From: Lama guanicoe
Lineage: Eukaryota
Direction: 5' to 3'
Assembly: GCA_013239625.1 (NCBI GenBank)
Contig: MU054323.1
Location: 1,178,001 to 1,242,000, forward strand
DNA length: 64,000 nucleotides
Shown: one piece after another, positions 40,181 through 52,919 of the stretch
How the letters are laid out: each line of letters starts with the position of its first letter
Numbering within the stretch: the stretch's first letter is position 1
The notes under the pieces: generated by a model
Told to the model about the DNA's origin: nothing
Seen by the model: only the letters and a program-made list of their open reading frames with translations
The model's database searches: none
Position numbers and translations under genes: made by a program

Positions 40181-41290
40181 TCTCTGGAAGAGCTAATTCC
40201 CCAGAAAGCTGAATTCTGAATCACTCTGAAGAGGAGACAGTTCAGCTTAAACAAGAAGGCAGAGCCTCACCAAGAATGAGTCACATGGGTTCTTATAACA
40301 CCAGGTTCTTAACAGTCTTAATGATCAGCTCAGCTTCTGATTCAGGAAAGTTCACATAGGAAATGAAGTCTTGGTAAGACTGAGTAATCCAGTGGAAAAA
40401 CGGGTTAAATAGAAGACAGGCAAGCTTAACCTGTGACTAAGATTCATTTCTTCTTTGTTCTTTTTTCAAGTGTTACTTCTTCCGTTCTATTCAAAATTAA
40501 TATATTGCTTATCATTTCCTACTGCACGAAGATTGCATTTTTTAGAAAAAGAACTAGTCAGGGTACCTTTGACTCAATGGCCACATACCTATGAATACAC
40601 GTCTATTTTATCTGGGTGCATCTAACAGTAACTAAGGCACTTGCCCAGAAGGCAAGCATCAAAACTCAGCCATTGTGTGCAGAACCTCAAACGTAACAGC
40701 AAGCGAACAAACTGAAGTTACTTGTGGAAGCAGCTATCACAAGAGACAAGGCTTTAACATTATGGGTCAGCAAACCTGGGTCTGAGGACATCCCAGAAGG
40801 TGTTTTAACTCTGCATCCTGGCATGAGGGTTCTTCCCTGTCCGCCACTGTGGCATCACTGGACTGAGAGCTCCCCTGGGGCCCTTTATCTTTCTCACCAC
40901 CAGCCGTTAACGTCTTACTCCTCTACAAAAGGCCAGCTCAAATGCTACCTCTTTCTCAGGCACGTCCTGATGGTTCCTTCCCTGTCTCTCAGAGGCTCGG
41001 ATGCTCAAAGCACTTGGCTAAAGCAAAAACCTGAAATCAAAAACAGAGGTCATAGTATCCACTGAACCACTTGGAAAGGAAAATTATGCCTATCGTATGT
41101 GGATATCTGAAGTGAAACAAAGAACGTGGAGATGTAATTTATGAAAATGGAATGAGTTCACAAATGCTCAAGTGGTTTTAATCATTTGGGGACATCTTTT
41201 ACATGCCAGGCACTGAGCTCATGTAAGTAAACTATAAAACCAGACCTAAATATCAAATGTGTGGAAGTCAGCCAAGAAAACAAGGATCAG

Positions 41291-41559
41291 TACCAGGGGA
41301 AAAGGGGGTGAGAAGGGATAAATTGTGAGTTCAAGATTTGCAGATACTAACTACTATACATAAATAGATAAACAACAAGTTTCTTCTGTATAGCACACGG
41401 AAGTATATTCAACATCTTGTAGTAACCTATAATGAAAAAGAATATGAGAATGAATATGTGTATGTACATGTATAACTGAAACATTATGTTGTACACCAGA
41501 AATTAACACATTGTAAACTGACTATACTACAATCAAAAAAAAAAAAAAGAAAGAAAGAT
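41291..41559 (+). mobile_element. 5'-truncated L1 3'UTR insertion, same subfamily as 7690-7940
   Basis: gggataaattgtgagttcaagatttgcagatactaac shared with 7715-7751. Poly(A) tail. Perfect 16-bp TSD agaaaacaaggatcag at 41275-41290 and 41560-41575. Confidence 0.95.
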
Positions 41560-41804
41560 AGAAAACAAGGATCAGACAGAATGAGCAGAATGCTATGAAC
41601 ATAAAAAGTAGAAACTACACCAAAGGAAGGGCAGCCATGCTGGTGGGAAGGGCGGATGGAAGAGCTTTATTACCCAATTTACTTAGCCAGGAGCTCAGAA
41701 CTAATCAAAGCAAGGTCACCACAGGACTTTACAGAGCAGATGCCTGTTTGCAGCTTTTCTTTGGCCCAGGGTTTACAACAGGCCTACTGCCTCCAGTGGC
41801 AGGT

Positions 41805-41860
41805 GACATTTATAGCACATTGTAAGTGTTCTTAGACATTTATAGCACATTGTAAGTGTT
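41805..41860. repeat. Tandem duplication, 30-bp period
   Basis: gacatttatagcacattgtaagtgtt occurs identically at 41805-41830 and 41835-41860. Confidence 0.95.
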
Positions 41861-44229
41861 TTTATAGAGGTAACCACAGAAAAAATGTGGAGGTCCGTGA
41901 TCTAGAAATGTGGAAGGGAAAGGAAGAGGGTTCTCATGGACTTCTGAGATGAATTCTAAAAAGGAAAAGGAGCTCTGTTTCAGTTGGTCTCCTTTATGGT
42001 TCATCCCCTTGAAACAGATCCTAATTCTACATTGTCAGGCAGGCAGCTACAGAGAAAGAACTATGGGTACAGAGTCTTCAGGATGAGGCAGATCCACACT
42101 CATACGCTTTCTAAATAGATTTCATTTACCTAACTTTCATAAACTCCAGAAGCTGCCTAGTCCTTAACCCACCAAAACAATAAAGGAACACCAAAAAAAC
42201 CTCTATTTCCACACAAAATCTTTTGTACTCAAAGTCATAATGTGCCAGAACCATTAAACCATTAGTTATTCCTCAAGGTTTATAAATATGTACATCAAAA
42301 ACATAGGGTTTTAAATGTAAATCTTTATTTCATCAAAAATAAGATTCCACTTAGGAAAAAAATATTTGGACTCACTGGGAGGTACCGTAGGCTGTACAGA
42401 TGGATGCACCTCAATCTCATGCTGAAGGTTCCGTCAGAGTCCCAAATCTGTTCTAGCCCCAGCACTGCCCCCTGTCTCAGTGTGGCCTTCAACAGTTTGC
42501 TTTACCACTAGACATGTTGTCTCATGAGTCTAATTATCTTTAAGTTCACTTCCAGCTCTAGCCATTTAAGATTTTTAATTTAATTAACTCTTAAGATACA
42601 CATGACAAGTAATAGCCTCATGAGAAGACAGTCTGCAAATGAAGACTCCAGAAGAAGAAAAGGGAATTCAGTATTTGGAGCAAGAGGCAACCTTACCATA
42701 CCAGCTAGGGAGTTTCAGCACCACTGAATAGACATAATCCTATGTCTCCTTTGTTGATAATTCAGAACAATACCTGACAATGTGTCCAAAATTGTCTCCA
42801 AAGCCCAGGAGAACTTTAAATTCTGAGAAACCACTGAAGGTGTAATCTTAGCTGGGGGGAGATTTCTGGGGCTTTATAGTTACAAGGTAGACAAGTATTC
42901 TCCAAAGTCAGCCTCATATTTACAATCACACTTCAGAGTGTTGGTCTGAGAACAGAAAGTAACAGGGAGTCCCCCAACTGGACCCAAATAAGAGAAAGGT
43001 AGCCCTAAGTAACATTCTGAAGATGAGATCAAAAGGTAACATTTTAAAATATATTTCTCAAGGAAGTTGAACACTTCGAAGTCTAACACTCACAAAAATC
43101 ACTTTAAACACATTTTAATGGAATGTGAGTCACAGATACAAGGTGGGTGTACGAGAATAAGAGCAAAAAGTTACACTGGAGGCAAGATTTGGGGTGCTGG
43201 GGATTTGTTTTTGAAACATTCTTATTATTTTGTTATCACGAACACTCTTAGTCTTCCAGCCCAGAATGTCACACCACAGCCAACGTCAAGTCACAGAACT
43301 AGGCCAAGGGTGTCTGTCTATGCTCCCTGGAAATAGTGATAGCTTTTACAAATTAAAGATTATTTTCAAGTCATAAGACTATAAAACAATAGATCTAGGA
43401 GGAGCCTTAGAAGTCATTAAGTCCATGTCCTACTGGGCAAAGTCTAGGAATAAGTAACTAGTCCATGATATGTACTAGACTGGAGTCAGAGCTAGGAAGA
43501 AAGTTTGTGCCTCCATTCCATGCTTTTCCTAATATAATTTGCTGTCTATTTGGAGAATTATCCCAGAAAGCAACATCATCACATTCTCCCCCTTAGGCCA
43601 CATTGGTGGTCATCCTACCCAGGGCCATGATTTGCTAAGGATGCTCAGCAAATGTCCGACAACCAGATGAAGACCACCTGTTCAGGAACACGGCCAAATC
43701 ATGATTTGTAGTTACCCTGAAAGCTCAAAATAAGCAAAATGGTCTGTAACATGTCACTAAGTAACAAAAGACAAAAAGGCAATGGCTATGTTGAGTTCAT
43801 CTCCAGGACATCGTGAGAGTTTTACATCTGAAACAGGTCTCCTATTTCCTTTGTATCAAGGCTATCATTCAGCCAAGGCAAAGTTCCCTAATATACTTAA
43901 AGATTTGCTTTAAGTTCTTCTAGGATAATGCTAAAAATGGCCTCCAAGTGAACTTTTCAAAGAAAACAACAGCTACTGGCATCAGAGTTCATCAGAAGAA
44001 CCTTTATCCTCTCTATGCAAAGTCTCTGCTTTAATCTCAACCATCCCACAAAGGGCCCTTCTCCTCTGAAAGCAGGACCCATTGGCTTGAACCCTGAGTG
44101 GCCTAGAATGTCACAGCCTCATAATTTAGATGAAATTATACTTTATGAAAATACATGTGACTGGTGATTCAGAATGAGTCTGAATAAGAATCACTCACTT
44201 CTAAATGTTAGAGCATCTGAAGACATCTC

Positions 44230-45670
44230 TATCTCCACTCATGACAGTGATCTTACGCAGCCCTATGGCTTTAAACACCATTTATGTGCAGATAATAACA
44301 AATACACATCTCATCTCCATCCTTTTCCTAGACTTGACATCTGTTATGGGCTGCATTGTGTCTACCCCAAAATTTATGCATGAAGTCCTTAATCCCCATT
44401 ACCCTCAGAATGTCACCTCATTTGGAGATATGGTCTTTATATAGAGTTAAGTTAAAAGTTAAAATGAGATTAGTAGGGAGGATCCTAATCCAGTATGATT
44501 GGTCCCTTATAAGAGGAAATCTGGATACAGGTGTGCATTGAAGGGAGATGGTATAAAGAGACACAGGGAGAAGATAACCAACTACAAGCCAAGGAAAAAG
44601 GCCCAGGGCAGATCCTTCCCTCACAGCCATTGAAAGGAATTAACCCCTCATTGATTTCGGACAACTAGCCTTCACAACCATGAAAAAATAAACTTCTATT
44701 ATTTAAGCCCCCTAGTTTGGGGTACTTTGTCACAACAGCCCTAACAAATTAATACAACATCTCTACTTGAGTATCTAACAAATACCTCAAAGTTAGTATG
44801 TCCAAGCCCATAGCTCAGATTCCACCTGCTCCAACCCGTTGGTCTCCAAACATCCCCCCTTTCTGTAAATGGTAATTATAACCTGTAGGTTTCTGTGATC
44901 AAAACCAGTGAAATTACCCTTGAAATCATACCTTTCATATGTATTAAATAATTCATTCCTTAAGTAATATAGGATTTGATTTCAGTACTTTAAAGTAATA
45001 TCCAAAAATGGACCACTTCTCACACCTGTCCACTTCTGTCATCTGAATCAGACTACCACCACCACTCACTTGGATTTTTGTGATAGTTTACCCTTCTCTT
45101 TCCTTTGACACTTACCATCTTATAATCTAATCTCTACACAGTAGCAAGAGTGATACTTTCAGGTGAGATCATCTGAATCCTCTGCTCAAGACTTCACAAA
45201 GGTGTTTTTCAATCTGTATTTATTTATTTATTTTAAGTCCTGCCTAGATGTGCAAGGCCTTACTTGAGTTGTCACTCTGGGTAACCCTCAGACCCCTTCT
45301 CCTATCTCTTTCTCCATTTCACCCACTCTGTTCCAATCAATCTAGCATTCTTGCTGTTCTTCCAACAAGCCAGGTGTGCTCCTGCCCCAGGGCCCTTGAA
45401 CTGACTGCTGCTTCAGAGACAGAATCATTTTCTCTCAGATATCCATTGCTCCATCTCCTTTCCTTATTGATGTTTCTTCTGCAATGGCACCTGATCCAAG
45501 CCTTTATGACCATCTCATCTAAATAGTATCCCCATATATTCGATTACTTTTTGTTATGTTTCTCCCACAAGACTCTGTGGAAGTCCAGACATTGTCTATT
45601 CTGTTCATTGCTATGGTCCTATCATCTAGATAGGACCTGGAATCTGGTATGTTTCTGTAAAATACTTGCA
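44230..45670 (+). mobile_element. L2 LINE (long fragment) interrupted by an MLT1 LTR
   Basis: atggctttaaacaccatttatgtgcagata; cttgagtatctaacaaatacctcaaagttagtatgtccaa; ctacacagtagcaagagtgatacttt; 3' end tctattctgttcattgctat...cctggaatctgg. Confidence 0.8.
44342..44756 (+). mobile_element. MaLR solo LTR (MLT1A/B-like)
   Basis: tgttatgggctgcattgtgtc...ggtactttgtcacaacagccctaacaaattaataca. Perfect 5-bp TSD acatc at 44337-44341 and 44757-44761. Confidence 0.92.
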
Positions 45671-47720
45671 GAGGGAAATAAAGGAAGGAGGGAGGGAAAG
45701 AAGAAAAAAAGAATAAAGGAAGAAAGGAAGGAAAGAAAGAGGGGAGAAAGAAAAGAATTCTTATGCATCTGAGCATACTACTAAAATTTGGGAGCAGCCT
45801 TCCAGACAACTACTTCCATGAAGAACGAAGAATTTTCTGAGATTAATCCTAAGTGAAGGAAAAAACCTTTCTGAGATTGAGTCAATAAGCAAATCCTGAG
45901 TCATTAAGGGGAAAACTTGATCTGAATATAACATGGTAACTACCTCCAGGGCTTGTCTCACTGCACTCAGATCTAAATCTTTTAAGAAACAGGAGAGCTG
46001 TAGGTAAAATCTGGAAGAACTTGTACACTAAAATTCTATACCACTTTGGGACTCAGGTGCATGGCTGCACCACTGGGAAAGATGTACATGTATCACCACA
46101 CATTATGGAGCAGCCTTCATACCTGGAAGCCTCAAGTGGAGTCCTTGATAGAAACTGATATCACACTGTGCTCAGTGAAGTTTACAGTGCTCAGAAGGCA
46201 TTGGAGACCTGCAGAGACCAGGGGAATGGAGCAATGCGGTAGCCAGAAAAACTGCAGTGACAGACAGAGAAAACATTGCACCCAGTAGAAGCAGAATGTT
46301 TTCCTGAAAAAAAAAATAACTTACTTCCCAGAGACTTCCAGAAAGACAGGAAGGAAATATTTCAGTGAACCAGAGGTACGATATTACATAAAGTGTATCT
46401 ATAAGCCTGTGAAATTTCAGTTTCTAGTCCTGTGACCTAGTTTGCCCCCTAGATTGTGAGTCTTAAAGAAATTCAGCATATATGTGTGTAATATGTTTTA
46501 ATGAAGATATCTGAAATAAAATCTTCCAAAGAATCAACATGATTTAGCTTTTTCTTTCCTACTAAGGATTCTTACTAAGAATATTACTATGGTGCTGTCT
46601 GCTGTTGATGCCCTGAAGCTTCTGAAGTATGTAAAAGGATCGCCTCTAAACTAAATGGCCCTGTGAGTACTTGTGTCTACTCTGTTATTTTGTGTCAGAG
46701 ACATATTTAAATTTAGAATTTTCAGTTGTCACTTTTTGTTGCTATCAATGTACCTGCTGGTAGAAAATGCATGTTTCCTTCAATTTTCTGTTTCCATTTT
46801 GCTTCAGGAAACCGAATCCCAGGCTACAGGTCCTTTTAATTCAACAGATACACATGGATGAGAAAAGGCTCTGCCCTGTCCTGTCCTCACAAAGTCTATA
46901 ATCACTTATGCTCATGGTCTGAAGAAAAGCCTTTCAAGAAAGTTGGAGGTGAAGAAGATGAAGCAGGCTATATTTGTAATCAAAATTTAAGTAAGTAAAA
47001 AAGTATATTTTACAAACAGCATTGACCACTTTAGAGGGAAATGTGCTTGTCCTTCAGGGGGCCTGAATCTCTTGTTGGTGTGGGAATTAATGGAGGACTT
47101 GAGAACCAAAAGCAAGAAGTGATCTGTCTGCTCTGTCGTCTCAGGACAACATACTCAGAAGCTACAGTAACTCAGATGGGAGGAAAGCACAAAGTTTTTC
47201 TAGAGCCACTACTTCCTTCTTAACGGGATGAAAATAGAAAGTTCTTAGACTTCTAGAACCAGCATCTTGAAAAAGAGTCAGTCATCATAGTTCAAAGTCA
47301 AAGGAAGTCCTGCCTCATCTCTACTCAGTTCCCGAGAACAGAGGGAAGACAGGGAGTGAGATAGGAGGCATGAAAAAACAAGGATATGAGCCAAAGCAAG
47401 AAGCAAGGGGATTAAAATGATACTTTTGTCATGGAACTCAATGTACTCCTGGAGCTAAGGCAGAAACCAAATAGAGCTTTTCTAAGATTCAAAAATTATC
47501 TATTATTTATGTATCTGTCTACATAAGTGAAAGTTTCCAAAGAGAGTATCCTACAGGCAGCCCTTGGCAGCCAGTGAAATAGGCTCAACAGAACAGAGGG
47601 TATGGATCTGTGTCCAGGACCATCATCAACAGTGCCCCATTTTAGTGAAGAACAGATACACAGGAAAATCTTAAGCTCCCCCTACCATGTTGTATATCCA
47701 CTTAGGGTGGAGACAGATAT

Positions 47721-47764
47721 GAGAGAGAGAGAGACAGACAGAAAGACAGACAGACAGACAGACA
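47721..47764. repeat. (GA)n(GACA)n microsatellite
   Basis: Read directly. Confidence 0.9.
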
Positions 47765-47867
47765 TGAGTGTCTGTGTTCCTATACTTAACAAACAAACCT
47801 ATTGAGCCCTAGCATCCTGTGCTAGATATTTGGGAGAGAGACATAAATCAGAAACAGGCCTGAGAAA

Positions 47868-48170
47868 TTGTCACAATCAAGAGGAGCCTAAGGAGACATG
47901 ATGACTAATCCTAATGTGGTAACCTGAATGAGATAATGAAACAGAAAAAGAACACTAGAGAAAAACTGAGTAAATATGAATAAAATATGGACCTTAGTTA
48001 ATAATAAAATACCCATATTGATTCTTCAGTTGTGACAAATGCACTATATACAAATGTAAGATGTTAATAATAGGAAAACTGGATGTGATATATTTGGGAA
48101 CTTTGTTCTCTCTTCTCAATAATTCTCAAAATCTAAAGCTATTCTAAAATAAAAAAGCTATTTTTTAAAA
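47868..48170 (+). mobile_element. L1MC-type 3' end
   Basis: gaggagcctaaggagacatgatgactaa...gttgtgacaaatgcac...gtaagatgttaataatagg...aatctaaagctattctaaaataaaaa. Confidence 0.85.
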
Positions 48171-48174
48171 AATG

Positions 48175-48705
48175 GATTACACTTGGAATAAAATCCAAGT
48201 CCTTTATCATTACTATCATGATCTGGCCCCTGCCCAGCTTTCCCCCTTCATCTTACATCTCTCTCCTTTTTGCTCAATGACCTTTAGCCAGATCACTCCA
48301 TCACATCATGTTCCTTTCTGTTCCAGGGCCACCACACTTACCGTTACAGCCTCCTGGGATGTTCTCACTGACATCCAATCACGTCTTCCTCACCACTCAG
48401 ATTTCAGCTCAAGTGTGCTTTTCTCAGAGAGGCCTGTCCTGACTTCCCAATGTAAATCCTATTCCCTCAACCCTGATAGCCTTTCTTTCATTACTTTATA
48501 TGTCCTTTTCTTTCTTAGAAGGTATTATTAGTTGGAATTCTCTTTTTGTTAGAGTGTTTATTTGTTTACTATCTCTCATGCCGCATGTTAAGTTCCTGAG
48601 AGTAGAAATTTCTGACTTGTTCACTGTTGAACATCCAGCTCCTAGCCTAATGCCTGGCTTATTATAAATGTTCAAAAATACATGAGGAATCAATTAATTA
48701 AATGA
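48175..48705 (+). mobile_element. L2 LINE 3' part
   Basis: aataaaatccaagtcctt...atgatctggcccctgcc...cagctcaagtgtgcttttctcagagaggcct...ttgttcactgttgaacatccagctcctagcctaatgcctggc. Confidence 0.8.
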
Positions 48706-51394
48706 GACATTGTGGGTGGGAGGGTCTATTCTAACACCTAAATCATTTTTTTACATCTTTGTACATGAAGCACTCAACACAGTATTTATCATACCATGTA
48801 CATGTACTCAATAATGATTTCTTTATTGTGCTAGATGCTTTGGATACTGATATAAGTCAGCCACAGGTCTACTTTCAGAGGCCACTGTTTAACAGAGAAG
48901 ACTAAAAACAAATGAGTGAATAGAATTCAGTATGATGCATGCTATGGAAGCACTGAGGGTGGACATCTAGCCTGGACGTTCAGTTTCCTTTCATAGAGAA
49001 ATGCTGAACTTTAAGGACCAACTGTGTCACTCATGTTCTATCTGGCTGTAGATAAACTTCATAAATACATGCTTCAATTTTCTTATTTCCAAGTTGAGAA
49101 AAACGTACAGGTTATGAATTTCTCTTTGAATTTACAATACAAGGAGTTTACAAACTGCATAGTTCTTTATGAACAGATAATTTCTCCAAATCTGCTATTT
49201 GATTTCAAATAATGTGAAAATTTTCCAGTTATTTTCTAGTCTAAATGTTTTCCTTCTGGTAATCTAATCTTGGATCACATAGTAACCATTCTCATTCCAA
49301 CATAAAGTTATCTTAGTGAAAGGAGTGTAAAGGTTGTGACATTAGGAACCTTCCACTTGGTGATTAAGTAAACTCTATGTTGTTCTCATAAACAAGAGCC
49401 ATGGAAGTTTCCACTGCCAATATATAAATTTTAAGCTTCTATGAATAAAAACAAACACACAAATTTTGCTGTATTATATGATCCAGCTGATATTTCTTTC
49501 TGAACTTGCATGAGTACCCTCATACATACTCACTTGGTAAATAAAAATCAAAGTACTGAAAGATGGCAAAACGCATGGCTGTAAGAACAGCACCTGGCAC
49601 ATAGTTGCTATTTAGTAACTATCTATTCATTTAATAAGTGTATGAAGCACTATATGAAGATTTGAAGACAAATGATCCATAGGGATATGACAAAAAGAGG
49701 CCTAGTCCAGTCAGAGCCATACTTCAGAGAGATCAGGCCATATGAACACTACAAAGTACACACTGGATCCCCAACCCAGGGATCAGTAATGACCTCAGAA
49801 AAACCATCTGAGCTGGAATATTGGGCATCACATCCAGATTACAGAGAGCTAAGGGGTAAGTCACTGAGGAAGTACGTAAAGTTTCTATCAAGTTTGGCTT
49901 TAATAGGGAAGAAAGAGATATAGTGGTAGCCAGAGAGGCAGATAGGATTTAGGAGAAGAAATATTTGAATTGGGAGAGATTCAGATGATAATATTCTCAT
50001 AGAGAGGATGTTGTTGCATACTGTATATAATTAATATCTTGTCTCTCCCTCATGCATATAGAAGAATCATTATCAGGAGACAATGTGGGACTCAAGAGAA
50101 AAATAAGCTGAAAGACATGAGAAACACATGAGGATGGATGAGAGAAGCTCCACCATCCATCCTGCCACATAAATGAGGAATTTGAAAGGCGTGCACTTAA
50201 GCTGGGAGGTAGCAGGAACATTGTCTAATACTGACCAGGCCTGCTCAGGATGCTGTTTTCTTACTGGACCTATTAAATCAGTGGGTCCATCGAGGGTGTT
50301 CGTTCATCTCTCTTCCTTCTAACAAAATTCTAACAAGCACTTGGAGTAGTAGTAATAAAACTGGGTTAGAATGCATAAAATGTGGCTTCCAGTTATGACT
50401 CTACCACTTAATGGGCTTTACCTCTGAGTATAATTCTATCTGAATCAGTACAAGGGATTTCTATACAGCGCTGTGCTCGAATACAGCAGTGAGCCACTGG
50501 AATGGATGTAAATTCCCTACCGGCCTTATAGTGCTGCTGTATGGAGAAATAAAATAATGAGTGTGAAAGTGCTTCATCACGAAGTCAGCAAAATCTACAT
50601 GCAGGTAAAGGATCACAGGTTTCCTTGGGGTTTTTTTGTTTTGTTTTGTTTTTTGGTTTGTTTTAATATTTTAGTTTTCAATACCACTCTAGAAGAGGCT
50701 TTGGATAATGTAAAAGTTATTTAGATAAGGAGCTCATCAGATTCTGGGGTTTATAAAGTATCTTTTTGTTTAAAACAAAACAAAACAAACTGAAACAAAA
50801 TAAAAAACACATTTGAAAGATATGTTAACTGTTTCAGGACATTAGAGTGCCCCCTTGGACTATTACGGCTGCAGTTACCAAGTACCATCCTAATGTTCCT
50901 GCACAGATAATGCAGTTTATAAAGTCTTATTAATATTAGTATTTAGTGAATATCTTATATAATGGGAGAATATGGCTCCAAATATTTTTTATGTCTGCTG
51001 AGCTATCTGAGTAAGACCTAAGTAAGCTTGATATATTTCTCATTTGAATATTCCACGTATTGTGCATTTACAGTTCCCTAATGTACCACCTTACTGTTAG
51101 AGCAGGATTTATGGATTTCCCAGAAGGTGTTAGACCTCAGAAATTTCATTGTAATACTTAAACCTAATACACTGAGGTGGAGGAGCAATTCTAATATCTC
51201 TTCATCTTAACTGTGTATGGGAAGATGCTAAAGGAAAGAAATAATCTAATGCATCTAGTGCCTATGAATATATTCCTAACAGATTTTGAAACTCAGTATA
51301 CTATCTTTGGTTTTTTACTGAGAGAATCTACATTTCAAAACTTTTTTTTTTTTAAAGAGGAGAACATCTACAGCATTAACTTAGAGGACACCAA

Positions 51395-51575
51395 AGTGTG
51401 GGCGGGTGGGATGGAAGGAGAGCACGCACTCAATTCCTCTATCGCACGGACGGTAAACAAGCACTGAAACTGGGAGCAGTAACCTTGAGGCCGCCCTGGC
51501 AGGCAGGAAGCCCAGCCAATGAGAGCAGCGCCCAAAGGAAGAGCAGCAAGAGTGGCCTTCAGCCAATTATAGATC
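51395..51575. promoter_or_regulatory. Candidate promoter-like or enhancer element
   Basis: Seven CpGs in about 140 bp of a CpG-poor window. GC box at 51400-51405, forkhead GTAAACA at 51453-51459, ETS CAGGAAG at 51504-51510, CCAAT at 51516 and 51563. Confidence 0.4.
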
Positions 51576-52309
51576 TCTCTTTCTATTCTGAGCTGTACTT
51601 AAACTTCACTTCCCCTCTTGGCATATATCCTATCTTAAATAAAACAGAAGACAAAGTGGTCTGTGTGAGGAGGCAAGCCTTAGGAAACATTATCAGTGAC
51701 CCACCCCTGACCCCCAGGCCAGGCAGAAACTCAGCTGCCCAGAATTCTCTTGTGAATCTGCATGTGGTTTGTCCAGGATGCTCCATTCCCTATAATTACG
51801 TCCACTCCAGTCACGGTCATTATGTGAACAAGGACAACAGTGAGACTCTGTCCCCTCCCACTTGACTCCTACCCTCCTCCAACATGGCTTCACAAGCTCA
51901 TCCACCACAACGTGCTGCCTGGCAAGGTCAGTGCTCAATAAGCAATTGATGAATGAAAGAGACTGTTGGTTCTGTGAACACAGCCCTGCAGTGCATGCTG
52001 GGGAATGACAGGATACTCACACTTGGCCCTGGCCTATGGGAAACTTAGTACAAGAACAATAATAGGAGCATGGTGGTTTACCATGAACAGATGTGGCTTC
52101 ACTCCTTAAGGCCCTGAGCAGTTCTCACAGTCAGTATATGCTACAGCTCTGTAAGTGGGAGGCAGGTTCAGATCAGTCTAGTAGATTTTTAAGCACAGTA
52201 TCAGAGGAATGCACGTGTTCATCCCCTCGCGGGCACTCCTCTGCTTCGCTGTCAAAGACACTGTGTCTCTTAGCTGAATAGTGTATGAAGAAAACCTATA
52301 GCAATGATC

Positions 52310-52530
52310 ACTAAAAAGTATTGAGCATTCATTACTCTTCTAAGCACTTGACATATATATTCATTTGGTCCTTTCAGAGGATTCAGGGTTATTATAATCT
52401 CCATTTTACAGATGTGGAAAATGAGACAAAGAGAGGCAAAGAAATCTTCCCAAGCCATACAGATTGAAAGGGGCAGGGCCAAGAATCAAATCCAGGCAGG
52501 CTAATGCCTGAGCCTGCACTCTCAACCACG
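52310..52530 (-). mobile_element. MIR SINE
   Basis: ctccattttacagatgtggaaaatgagacaaagagagg...cccaagccatacag...aatcaaatccaggcagg. Confidence 0.85.
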
Positions 52531-52719
52531 ACACTAAAAGGAGACAGAACGAAACAGCAGGACCCCTAAGGATAGGGATGCTTGGAGTAGACTTCAGATA
52601 CAAACCAAAGCAAGTACACACTCAAGGGTGAATGTGTCTTGTTCAAGGCTATAACATGCCATTACTGCAAAATCATACTGAACTCTTTTTATATGCAGGG
52701 TGCCCTACTAGGCATAGTG

Positions 52720-52915
52720 AGATGATAACAATTGGCAACAACTGAGTACCTGCCATGAGCTTTACATATATTCATGTTAATATTGACAAAAATCTTACAT
52801 TTTACAGATGAGGAAAGTGAGACTCAAGTACTAGACTAGGTCACACAACTGGCCTAGAAGGGGCAGGATTCAAACCCAGGTCTGACCCTGCAACACCTGA
52901 GTTCCTCCCACAGTA
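52720..52915 (-). mobile_element. MIR SINE
   Basis: cattttacagatgaggaaagtgagactca...aggtcacacaactgg...ggattcaaacccaggtctgac. Confidence 0.85.
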
Positions 52916-52919
52916 GCAC

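Noticed and set aside
51398..51865. 155-aa plus-strand ORF
   Set aside because: GTG start and no recognisable homology. Its length is explicable by locally higher GC content.
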